A stretch of 64,000 nucleotides of DNA from Squalus acanthias (taxonomy: Eukaryota): contig CM059430.1 of NCBI GenBank assembly GCA_030390025.1, forward strand, positions 75,578,001-75,642,000, written 5' to 3'. The notes under the pieces are model-generated. The model was not told the origin of the DNA. It was given only the letters and a program-made list of their open reading frames with translations, and did no database searches. Positions 40,469-51,706 of this stretch are shown here, one piece after another; the stretch's first letter is position 1, and each line of letters starts with the position of its first letter. The position numbers and the translations under genes were made by a program.

Positions 40469-41014
40469 GGTAGTGCTTTAAAACTAGCAGAATTTCCGAC
40501 AGCACTGTCCGAAACATCTCTCATGTCTGATCTGAAATGGTGAAGGAAACTGAGGGAGAACTTTGGCGCAATCCTCACAATCATCAGCCGTATCTTCGCC
40601 GGACGATCAACGGAAAACCAGCACAAGCGAAGTAACGGCCAGGCTCCGCCAATCTCGGCAGATTCCGCCGGTCTCCCATCAGGGAACTCCGTGGAAATGC
40701 TAAGCGCAGAGCAATGAAATATGGAATGTTCCAGAAGGAGTGCATGACCTTTTCATCCCAGTTTTCCTTAGAATAGGAGGTCCCGCGGCGAGGCCGCTCC
40801 ATCTGTGCGTGTAGAAACTTAAAATTTCGAAATGGAGCCTCTTCTGGCGCATATACAACTGTTGCAACAAATCTGACGAAAGGGACAAAGAGACATGTTC
40901 TGAACACATAGACAGGATTTGACGCTGACGTATTCCAATTTCCGGCTCTTCAACGTTTTTACAAACCACCAGCCAGTTCACGGTCTGTCGCTCCGAGTGA
41001 TCAATTGGTTCAGA

Positions 41015-41069
41015 ATGTTGGCGAGTGATGTACTTCAGTGCCTCTCTGTTTTGGGATTCATGTTCACAG
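41015..41069 (+). pseudogene. Unit C exon 1: signal peptide MLASDVLQCLSVLGFMFT
   Basis: Paralogue of 36547-36601 with the same phase-1 donor. Confidence 0.85.
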
Positions 41070-41240
41070 GTACCTGTTGCTTCTATACCTTGCTTTCTCG
41101 CTAAACCGCAGAGCTGCTTATCATCCATTTGATACAACATGTCTTCTTGTCATTTGCAGACTTTGCCTGACTTACTTACTCACGCGCTTTTTCACCTGTA
41201 ATATTCGCACTAATTCGGTTTTGATTTTCTTTTCCGATAG

Positions 41241-41560
41241 GCTCCTGCGAAAATTCGCTCAAAGTGACTCAGCTCCCTGAAGTCGCGAGCAGCAACACGG
41301 GTACAAGCGTTTCCTTTCATTGCTCGATTCCCTTTTTCAAGACGGACCACCGGTGAACGTGTACTGGTGGAAACAGCGTGATAATAAATATCTAAGCACT
41401 GGACCTGATGACAGAAAAGTAACTGGCTCCAAAACTAAATTCAGCGGCTTCCTTCAGATAATCAATGTGACTTTCCAGGACTCGGGAGAATATTATTGCA
41501 CTGTCGCCCATCGGGGCAGAATAGTTGGAAACGGAACGGGATCCAATTTAACTGTCTGGG
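41241..41560 (+). pseudogene. Unit C exon 2: V-set domain with a 1-nt deletion at ~41333-41337
   Basis: 320 nt vs 321 nt in unit B; cccTTTTTcaa vs cccTTCTTTcaa; splice sites intact. Confidence 0.9.
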
Positions 41561-42541
41561 GTAAGTATAAAAGAAGCGGCGAATGAGATCCATGTGACTG
41601 TATTATTTCACGATTCCAAGAAATTCTCTATTGTGCTTTGTAGGATTCACAATGCAACTTAAATTCCAGTCATTTTATGTGTATATATTCAAATTGCACT
41701 GTTGACTGCTACTCGTTACATGCTAATTTGTAGTACAATATTTCAGCAATAATAATCAAGACGAGCAGCATCGGATTTACCCCAAGTACACAGTAAGCAA
41801 GTATACAACAAGCGTTTGAGTTTTAAATTGCAGTGTCCGTTAAGGATCTGTATAATGGCTGGCGCGTGTATCCGCCGCTGTAAGCACCGATCTTACCCTA
41901 TTTAATGGATTCTTTTGTCTGCGTTGGTTACGGAGGGAAGACTGTTTATATTGGGACTCAGATTCGCATATTTATAATTTAATTCTCCATAAGTTAAGAT
42001 CTTTGATAGCCAAATTGCTAACGGTTAACGTCCGCACTGTGTAGCTGGAACCTCGGACCCCTTATATTAATCATCATTGCAGCCTCCAGCAAATATGGTT
42101 TAGCACCGGATCTTCGTGCCATAGCCCCTTTCACTTGGGTAAATTATACTTCCTCATCAGATGTTATGCTCAACGGGATGGAATTGGTCCACAGCTGTAC
42201 CGCAAAACAAGCGACAATGAGTCGGCAGCCCGATATACACCACACTCAATGTTCTTTCCCATTAGAAGAGAAAATCGGCGAGCTGTAAAAGAGGCGGCCT
42301 ATTCGCTGCAATCCGGTTTTCGCCTGGCTAAAGCAGTTAAAGTTACCGCCGATATAAATTTGACTTTTATGAAGATGCCGTTTACGACTTAGGTACCAAT
42401 AGCGCACAGTGAACACCAGGCCCCCACCACTACCCCAACCCCCCGCCCACATTGTGCTGTCAGGAATGGGCTGGAAGAAAGACGGTGGATTGGTAACCTT
42501 GAATGATGTCCATGTAACATTATTTTCCTCCATTTTTCCAG

Positions 42542-42853
42542 TTCCGCCATCTCCACTGAAAATTGTCTCTCAGGAACCTGAAAAGGATTCAACTGCGACT
42601 CTGACTCTACTTTGCACAACATCTCCCTTTTACCCGCAGAATATCAGCTTCACTTGGTATAAGGATGGAACCAAAATTACACCAAGAATAAATAACATTA
42701 ATCAACCAAACACCGATGGACTATATGAAGCTTCCAGCCGGTTGGAAGAGACGCAGGCTGTCGAGAGCGAGACCGTTTATACCTGCATGGTGTTTCACAG
42801 TGCCCTCAAAATTCCAGCCACGGTCACCCACATTGTCACCTTCAGGAACACAG
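42542..42853 (+). pseudogene. Unit C exon 3: C1-set domain (open frame)
   Basis: tttccag acceptor, g|gtaata donor, 312 nt; CTTSPFYP..WYKDG..YTCMVFH. Confidence 0.92.
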
Positions 42854-43070
42854 GTAATATTTTAGATAGAATCATAGAAACTTACAGCACAGAAAGAGAC
42901 CATTAGGCCCGGCGTGCCTGTGCGGGCTCTTTGAAAGAGCTGTCCAAGTTAATCCCCACACCAGCTTTTTCTCCATAACTCTGAAAAGTAGTCCTCTTCC
43001 AGTACACGTCCAGTTGTCTTTTGTAAATTCCTACGGAAACTGGTTCCACCAACCTTTCTGGTAATGCCAG

Positions 43071-43179
43071 TTGGAAGAGACGCAGGCTGTCCAGACCGGG
43101 ACCGTTTATACCTGCATGGTGTCTCACAGTACCCGCAAAATTTCAACCACGGCCACCCACATTGTTACCTATCCAGTAG
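43071..43179 (+). pseudogene. 3' half of an additional C1 exon (LEETQAVQTGTVYTCMVSHSTRKISTTATHIVTYPV)
   Basis: Homologous to the end of the C1 exons, with its own g|gtaaga donor; fused directly to CR1-derived intron sequence. Confidence 0.88.
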
Positions 43180-43853
43180 GTAAGATTGTAGATCTCAGTT
43201 ATCCTGCAGACAGAACCGTTGCTGCGATTCTCCATGTTGGACAAACTGTCCTTTCTCACTAGTTGTTCTACTCCGTCTCTTTCACCAAGTTTTACATCCA
43301 TAAAGGTGTAGGAATCCTAGTTGCCTTTGTTCACTTTCAATCAGGTTTCATTCTGTTCAAAGAGCTCTACGATTGCCGCTCCTGGTCTCCTGCCTTATTG
43401 GGCGGCTTCTCCTGCAGTCCTGGTTTCACGGCTCAGATGTGGCACTGACTCTTGGGGCAAGAGCGGGCGGTAACTCCGGCCGACAGGTTGTTGCAGAATC
43501 GCTGCCTCCTGCGTCCCACAATCTGTGCTCACAATCTGCTGGAAACTGTAACTGTATCAATCAGCTATTAGACACAGTACAAAGTGAAAAATTAAACGTG
43601 TCACTTTAAGTCGCAATCTTATTATCAACAAGAAACCAGATAAAATTAGTATCGAAAAAATCTGTTTTTCATAACACTAGACTTTCGTGAAAAAAGTACA
43701 AAATGGCAAAGATTGATTTAAAATGTCTCTGTTTTTTGAGACCACGTGTTTGCTGAGAATGCTTTTCAAACAGGAATCCATTACTTATAGATGTGGTTGT
43801 GTACCAATTTGGACATATCCTTAATATTTATATAATTTTCATTAATATTTTAG

Positions 43854-43966
43854 ATCGGGCCAACAGCTGCCGTGTCTTACTGATTTCAGATGTGTATGGT
43901 TTGGACTGGTATTGCTAATGGTGGCTCTCATTATTGCGAAGCGATGTCAATTAAAGAAAAGTAAAG
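43854..43966 (+). pseudogene. Unit C TM exon with 1-nt deletion (DRANSCRVLLIS/CVWFGLVLLMVALIIAKRCQLKKSK)
   Basis: ttttag acceptor, g|gtaata donor, 113 nt; as written it stops early (..ISDVYGLDWYC*). Confidence 0.85.
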
Positions 43967-44661
43967 GTAATAAATCATTTGTTTCATTTTTTTAAATTCT
44001 GGAAGAGGATTTAATAAAGATTACCTGCCGATTGCATATAATTAGAAAGATATTGCACCTCGAAACGGGCCTTTCAGCCTAAACAGTGCTTATCATCCAG
44101 CAGTATCTAATCCCATGTGGCCATCCTCTTCATTTATCTCCATTTCCTTCCAACACCCAGCCAACCTATTCTTAAATATTGGCATGGTCTCTGATTCATC
44201 TATTAACTTCGGTAGTGCATTCCACATTTTCACAACACTCTGTGCAAAAAGGTTTCTCCTCCTCTCTTACATTCAATCCTATATCTCTATAGGCTCGTTC
44301 TAGACCCTTCAATCACTGGAAACAGTCTAGGGTAATTTTGGCTATGGTGTAAAATTTGCGATATTGGATCAGTCCGATTTTACTTCATTGGAAAGAAAAA
44401 TCGGGCGAGGAGTATAATGGGCAGCCGATCTCATATCGTCATTTTTACGCTATCGCCAAAATTATATTTATCCAACCTATCTCATCCTTCATAATTGTAA
44501 ACACGTCTAATGACCCCATAACTTTCTCTAGTCTGACGAAACAGTCGCAATTTTCAAAAGGTGGTGCAGAGGGGAGTTTATTTGTGTACTGGACAGTTCA
44601 AGGGGCTGGTATTCTGTCACAGGAAGAGAACAGCGATGTACTACTATTACAACCAAATCAT

Positions 44662-45686
44662 GGGCTAAAAATTCGGGGGTTTAACATCACCCTTTACCCG
44701 CAAAAACCTGCCTAATGTGGTGAGGGGCGGGCGGGAAAGCAAGAGGTGCTTGCCAGAAGGAGGATAACATACAAGGATACCAGCACTTTGTAACCTTTCT
44801 GCCCCGCCATTGGCCAGGGCCTCAGCCATGCTCCTGCCAAGAATGCCCTTCACTTTCTCCTCCAAGGGGGTGAGGTGAGGGTAAGAATGGGAGATGTGCC
44901 TCATGATTGGTACAGGTTCCTGGTAGATGAGTGATCGGTGGGGGGAGTTTTGCATTGAGAAGTGTGTGATGCTAGTGATACAGTTGGTAGGAGAAGGCTT
45001 TTGAAGATTAATTCACTGACCTTGACCAGGGGTCTGATTTTATGAGTTTCTTTCGGCAATGGAACCAGGTGGTGGGGGCGACAATGCTGGCAGTGATCTG
45101 GTCCCACATCCTTCTTTCTGGATGGCCTCCTGGCCCCTGTGGGTAGAGAACCTCTCCTGCAGTGTTCACCCCTTACACAAAGCTGGAATGCTGCTTGTGA
45201 GACGCTGGGTGCCCCTTCCCTGGCATGCTGGGCCATTTGTGTTTGTGCTGAAGCACTTTTCCCATTTTTGGAGGTTCGGAAGGGAATTCAGCTTGAAGAG
45301 CTTGAGACTCCCATTTGAGATTCAAAATAATGTTATTTTTTTAAAGTCAGTAAGGTCCAAAAACTGATTTATTTCACTTCATGTTTATTTTTGTTAGTTC
45401 AGAAAGCATTGCCTTTTTAATTTCCCTCAATGCCTAGCGAACTCTATTGCCTCGCTTCCAGATGCTGGTAGAATCGGGAACGCTCCTCCTGGACGGGAAC
45501 TTCGACTTCCATGCCGGCACTAACGCCACCAGGAGGGTAGTACGCGGTAAATTAGTGCTGGGCTAAAAATCTTAAGCCCCCCAGGGCGAATTTTTCTCTT
45601 GTAGCGCTTCGTCTATTTTCAGCGACTGGTAACCCGGGGCCGCCCTGACACCGGCAGTTCTGGTGACGGCCACGATTATTTAGCCC
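44662..45686 (-). mobile_element. Non-autonomous Harbinger element with partner-gene remnant
   Basis: TIRs gggctaaaaattcg / cgattatttagccc; homologous to 16045-17892. Confidence 0.75.
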
Positions 45687-46097
45687 TATACGTCTTAAGA
45701 TAGGAGTGCGCTCTCCTCACCGGCCCCCGCACAGCTTACTAAATGAACGCAAAATGCTACAACTCGATAATTTGATAGAGTGATATGAAGTAAATAGAGT
45801 GGGACGAGGCTCAGGTGGAGTATAAACACCGGCATAGAGTTGTGCGGCCGAATGGCCTGTAATGTGCTGTGAATTTTTTATAATTCTATGTAATCTTGAA
45901 TATGGATTTGCATCACTATTGCTGCAGTCTTGGGTTCGGATATAGAACTGTCGCAGCTAACAATTCGTGAACATGTGATAGTGAACATAATTTTAAATTT
46001 TACATTAAATCTACCAGTTGTGTCGTAATTAGGGGCACAATCGCGGATTAAATGATAAATGATGCGTTGTAAAATATTGAACTCCATTCATTACCAG

Positions 46098-46141
46098 GAC
46101 CCGAGAACAATGCGGAGACACCAATCCCTGCTGAACAGCCG
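46098..46141 (+). pseudogene. Unit C candidate cytoplasmic exon 5 (GPENNAETPIPAEQP)
   Basis: ttaccag acceptor, gtctgt donor, 44 nt phase 1-0. Confidence 0.45.
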
Positions 46142-47086
46142 GTCTGTTTATTTCATTGATCCTAACTCATGTCACATGTAAAGATGTAACATTATTTTCA
46201 GAATCAGCTTTAAGCGTTTCGATCAATTTCATGCAAGAACATTTCCTGCCTTATTCCAAAGCTCCAATACTCCAAAGCATTTGCCTCCAATACCGTGTCT
46301 GGAAAATTCTCCCAAATATGTCGGAGTCTTTCAAGGAAGTATTTTCCTTATATCTGTTCTCGATTTATTTCCCCTTCACATCGTCTGCTCCTCGGCCAAG
46401 ACTGGAGGAATAATCTACTCTACAATATCTAAATCATTGAAAATGTTACATATGTTACGGGATTCTGAACCACATTATATACAGTTTGGGAAGATTCAGC
46501 GCCTCGAAACTTCCTCCTATTTCACCTTATTTACATTTAGGATCAGCTTTGTTCTTTTTCTTCTTTCATTCCTGGTTATATATCCAATAATTCTATTAGC
46601 TGTTAAGGATCTGGATATTAAAAGTGACCTGACCATGGTGAGACCCAGAACCTTTCTAATCGCTCTGTGCTGATTTACTTCCATGTATTGTATAATTGGT
46701 GCACCAATGTTTGGACTGTGTATAAAACTTCACATTTACTGGTATTAAACTTCTTAAACCATCTCATCGATCGCGCTTTTTTCAGCCACAATCGGGAGCT
46801 CTAAACCTGTTTAACTTTGATTGTTGTGGTCAGTGAAGAATAGGCCCGTTCTTATCCCTTACTTTCGCTGTGATTTAACTGTAACGGACGGCTAATGCGA
46901 TCGGGTTTCACGAATCGTTAAATCCCGTGTCACAGGAGCTTTTTTTTGTTTGTTAATTTAAATGGCACGAAAATCAGGTCCCGCCGACCGGCGAATTACC
47001 CGTCCGCGCTCCCTGTAAGAAACTCTGAACCGGGAGTCCACTCAATGGAAGTAACAACAGAAATAAATAACTGTTTTGTATCTCAG

Positions 47087-47167
47087 TTGCTGCAGAGAGA
47101 CGCGGATGCAAAGGCGCCCTCCGATGCAACACCATTGACCAGTTCCAATAAAAACCTCCAGGGATAA
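47087..47167 (+). pseudogene. Unit C candidate terminal exon (LLQRDADAKAPSDATPLTSSNKNLQG*)
   Basis: ttttgtatctcag acceptor, phase 0. Confidence 0.4.
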
Positions 47168-47952
47168 ACATTAAAGGAGAGACAGCACCAGGCTGGGAAT
47201 CAGAACAAAGAGACACAGATCGCCCACAATTAAACAAATAATGCATCACGGTGCAACAAATAGGATGAATCTGGTTTTAGTAATCGGGGAGTTTTTATAA
47301 TGGACGCCCGATTCTCAACGCCAGTTTTAGGCCGGGCAGCATGTTGGATGTCCAATCCACTGTGTGTAGTCTGGGCTGGTTATAGCAGCTCCGGGCCTTT
47401 TTATTGTTACGTTCTTGTAATTCCATTAACATAAGCTCTATTCCAAAGTTACCCGCTATTAACAGAATTTACACATGACAAGTATTAACATTATAAGTTG
47501 AGACTGTTTATAGACTATTTTACTCATTTGCATTCAGCAAGCTTAAACTACTTGTAATAATTTTTGAAAACCGTGTGTAGTCCAATCCGTCCTGACACCT
47601 GGGTGTGTTAAATTTGGAGCAAACTATCAGTTAATGTTCGAGAAATGTGCAGAAGTAAATTTCAATCTCAAACATGGTTTCAGAATATTGCTTAGAAATG
47701 TTCTGGTTCTTATGTGACTGTCCTTTCCTAAAAATACCTAACAGAATAAATCGCAGAGAACCTGGCGACAAGAAGAATTATTTTACCCTTTAACACATTT
47801 CGCTTTCAGGATAAAGATTTTCTGGTGAGCTTTACGCGATGGAATGTCTAATGGTTCTTTTATAAATCTGTTTACCATATTGTTGCTCAAAGCGCACACA
47901 GAAAACGTATCCGCAATTTTTAAATACAAATATCAGTTAAACCATTATACCA

Positions 47953-48086
47953 ATCCAAAAACAAAATACTGCGGATGCTGGAAATCTGAAATAAAAACAG
48001 AAAATGCTGGAAATACTCAGCAGGTCAGGTAGCTTCTCTCCACAGATGCTGCCTGACCTGCTGAGTATTTCCAGCATTTTCACTTT
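47953..48086. mobile_element. Short Penelope-derived hairpin insertion with 16-bp flanking direct repeat
   Basis: ttaaaccattatacca at 47937-47952 and 48087-48102; perfect 30-bp inverted arms at 48000-48029 / 48052-48081. Confidence 0.85.
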
Positions 48087-48270
48087 TTAAACCATTATAC
48101 CAGTTGTCGACATCCTGGAGACATGTTTGTTGGACAGCTTGGGGAGTTAAGGGTTAACAGTCAAACTTCTTTCCATCTTAAAGCAACAAGCTTTCCAATA
48201 TATAAACAGCATGACTTTGAAGTGTCGTAAGGTGAAAGCACGGCTTGTCTTCTGATATGTAAAGTGCTTG

Positions 48271-51200
48271 TGTAAGGAAATAAGTGTTAGTAATAAAATG
48301 TAATTTTAGTTTTAGTGTAATAAAACAGGGGTAGCGTGTCCTTTTACTAAAGATAGCAGTAGGTAAAGGAAGTCTTGTTTAAGGGAAGTGGTTCTGAGGC
48401 AAACAATTGCCAACTGTTTACTTAGATAACCTGTTCTCAGAGAACTTTGGAAATAGACAGATCATTTTGACATCTTCCTTTGATGTAGTCAAAATATCGT
48501 GTATAAAGGAGGATGGCTTTCAACAGTTTGTCAGCGTGTACTCGAAAGATACAGAAGTCGAATATCCACTCTCTGTATACAGTTAAAGACCGATCACCTT
48601 TACTGTTTATCAATTAAGTCTGTTCCGTATACTCCACTATGAAGTCTCGTGCTTAATTGAAACGTATTATTGTGAACCAGAGGAGAAAGGAGGTTGCTGT
48701 GAACTTGTCCGATGAATACGCGGACGGTGAGTATGTATTAGTATCGATAGTGCGTATAACTATCTGCTGGGAATCGCATTCTAGGGGATAGGAAGGCATC
48801 AGACAAAATAGTCGATTCCTGACCAAGTTGGTGCCTTTGAAATTTTCTGACTGGATTAAAATTAAGGGTGGACCTCACAGTTTTTCGAAAGAAATTTTAA
48901 ACAGGAGCTGGGAGGAGATTGTGTAGGCACTGGAGAATGTGTGTCTGGAGAAATGAAAATATAGTAGACTGCAAATGTTTTGTTTCAGCAGAAACTAAAT
49001 GAATGGAGACAGAGAACATATTTTTTGCAAGGGCTCTGTCTGGGTATCGGCACATTGTGGAGAAATAATGCTCAGACGCAGGCTGAAAATAGGGTCTTGA
49101 AGGTAGAAATAGAGAAGCATAAAGAGGCATTTGATGAAGTCAGTGTACGCGCTGTGCAAGCTGTGAATTCCTTCCTGGCGAGTCACGATGCTGTGGTGCA
49201 CATATGTCAGGAGAGATTGGAATTGGAAGATAGAGCGCAGTTTAGAAGTTATGGTCGCCAGACTACAGTTCGAAAAGGCACTGGAAAAAAGTGTGCCGAC
49301 AGAGACAGAAAGAAATACAAAAGCTGGAACAGAGGCGTAAACAGACAGTGGCCTTGGGCTACTGTAAGAACATTCTGAGCTGTTGCTCATTAATTCAGTG
49401 AAGGAAGCCGTGGATGAGAAACTGATGAAGAAACAATTACAGATTAAAGCAACAGGAAAAGCTTGTTTAGACGCTTCTGTTTCTGTAGGAATGGGCTGCC
49501 CCAGAACTGATGAGGTATTCAGTGAAAAGCTAAACTGTGGGAGTTGTAAGCATGGTCTAAAGGGTTGCAGAATGGGAGTTGGAATGTGGAAAATGTTGAG
49601 AGAGGGAGTTATAGCAGTTCTGAAGAGTGAACTGAGAAAAAGATTGGGACTCTGGACTGAATATTTAGCGTATCCTTAACCCTTCACTCTAAGTTGTTTC
49701 ACCCCTCCCATATACCAGAGAAGAGTTAAGAACTGTGCAGGAGGTAACAGGCTTGGTTAAGGACACGGACTGTGAGCTTGAGATTTTGAATCAGTACAGA
49801 ATGGGTTTCAGTGGAAAGCGTCAGAAATTGAAAATTGGTGTAAGGTAAAAATAATAAATAGTTTTTGATGGAATAAAGAAGAAACGGGATGCTCCTGTCT
49901 CTATTCTACTGTTCTACATTTTTTTTGCTTTCAGTGTGGATGTTACTGTCTTTTTTACCAAACATGTGTTACTGTGGCTGTGGCTCCTCCCTCTTTTTCA
50001 AGCTGGAATGTGTGTTGACCTTAAGATATTGGTTTGAATTACATTTGAGTTATTGTGGTTAACTTACCTATTAAATTGTTAAAACCAGTCATTTATTATG
50101 GCCATGGTGAAATTCTGGTTATTGTAAATTGCGTGAAAGCTTCTAGATCCAGACATGAGGCAATCACATCGACAACGATGTATACATTTCTGACCAATTT
50201 CAGTACTCAATGCTTTGAGGTGATTTTTAATCATCTTAATGGTACTGGAATGTGTGACCAGAAGCGATAAAAAGGGTTCCATTCTATTGCTACGTGAATG
50301 ATAATGGAGACATCCTGTAGTTGGATTGTACTTCTGAATTGTTTCATAGAATGTTTATAGTTGTAAAAGTAACAGTTTTTTTACTTGGTAAAAGTTTTTT
50401 AAATTATTTGAAAGCTGTAAGAAGTTGTGTGACACATTCTGACATTGATTGATGTCTGGGTTTGTCTTCTTTTGAAAAGAAAAAAGTGAATACTTTTCAC
50501 AAGCAGCTGTGTGTTTTTGTTACTTTCTGGTTTCAGAATAATTGATTTAATTAACTAAGCAACAACTTTTGCATTACTGACTGTAAACATTTTGGACATT
50601 TTTACATTTAAGTTTTTTTTAATTTGTGTGAATGCTTCCCCGCGCTGATAGAAGGGATTAAGAAATTGACAAATGAAAAACTAACCCATTGGGCTGTCAG
50701 GAGCCAAATTGATTTTCTGTTTTTTCTTTAAGCAGATGACCATATGAGTGTTGATATTGGAAGATTAACAAGAGGGGTTATTTGATATAAAATGATTTCA
50801 AGGTGTTACAGAGTTTAAACTTTGCTGGAAAGTGCAGTGGGAGCTCCAATAATGTTCAGAATTTAAGTTCTTACCTGCAGACATTGTTGGATCTTAAATG
50901 TCGCAGCGTAATGACAAAATTGGAATTAAGACTTTAAACTATTGGGACCGTTTGTTATTCTCCAAGATCCAAAGCTCGAGGGGGGAAGATAAAGGAATTA
51001 CCTACAAAAGCAATTGTTAATTTTGTTTTTTGTTAAATCACGAAGCCTGGACATAATTTGTCAGTGAAAGTAAGTCTTGTTTAAGGCTAATGGCTCTGAG
51101 GTAAACAATGCCAAACTGTTTACATAGATAGTCTGTTTGCAGAGTATTTGGGGAAATAGATAAGTCATTTTACATTTTCCTTGATGTAGTCAAAATGTGG

Positions 51201-51621
51201 TGTATAAAGGAGCATGGTTTTGAACAGTTTGTCAGAGTGTACTCGAAAGATACAGAAACTGAATATCCAATCTCTGTTTACAGTTAAAGACCGATCACAT
51301 TTACTGCGTATCGTAATATAGCAAGTATAGGAACATAAAAACAGGAGTAGGCCATTCAGCCCCGCAAGCCTGTTCCACCATTCAATTAGGTCATGGCTGA
51401 CCTGGATCTTAACTTCATCTACCCGCCTTGGTTCCGTTACCCGTAATACATTAGCCTAACCAGGATCTCAATTTTCTCCTCATAACTGTCATTTCTAATC
51501 CCTGGCATCTCGGTGGATCCATTCTGTACGCTCTCCGTATGACTTGAATGCCTGAGCAGAAGTAACGTGCTTATTGTAAACGTCTTGTTGTGAACCAGGG
51601 AAGAAAGGAGGTTCTCTAACA
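48271..51621 (+). mobile_element. Internally deleted LTR retroelement (ERV-like)
   Basis: Diverged direct repeats ~48271-48704 and ~50988-51621 (the latter split by a CR1-tail insertion at ~51320-51520); purine tract gaggggggaa just before the 3' repeat; ggtgagta donor after the 5' repeat; no pol seen. Confidence 0.7.
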
Positions 51622-51706
51622 ACAATGCTTACCCACAAATCGTTTAGAACCAATTGTTTAAATCGTGTAATAATGTTGTTCATAAATATTGTAACAACCT
51701 GATTGT

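Noticed and set aside
43069-43071. New AG acceptor making the half-C1 a usable exon
   Set aside because: It would need phase 0 while the upstream donors are phase 1, and the pyrimidine tract is weak.
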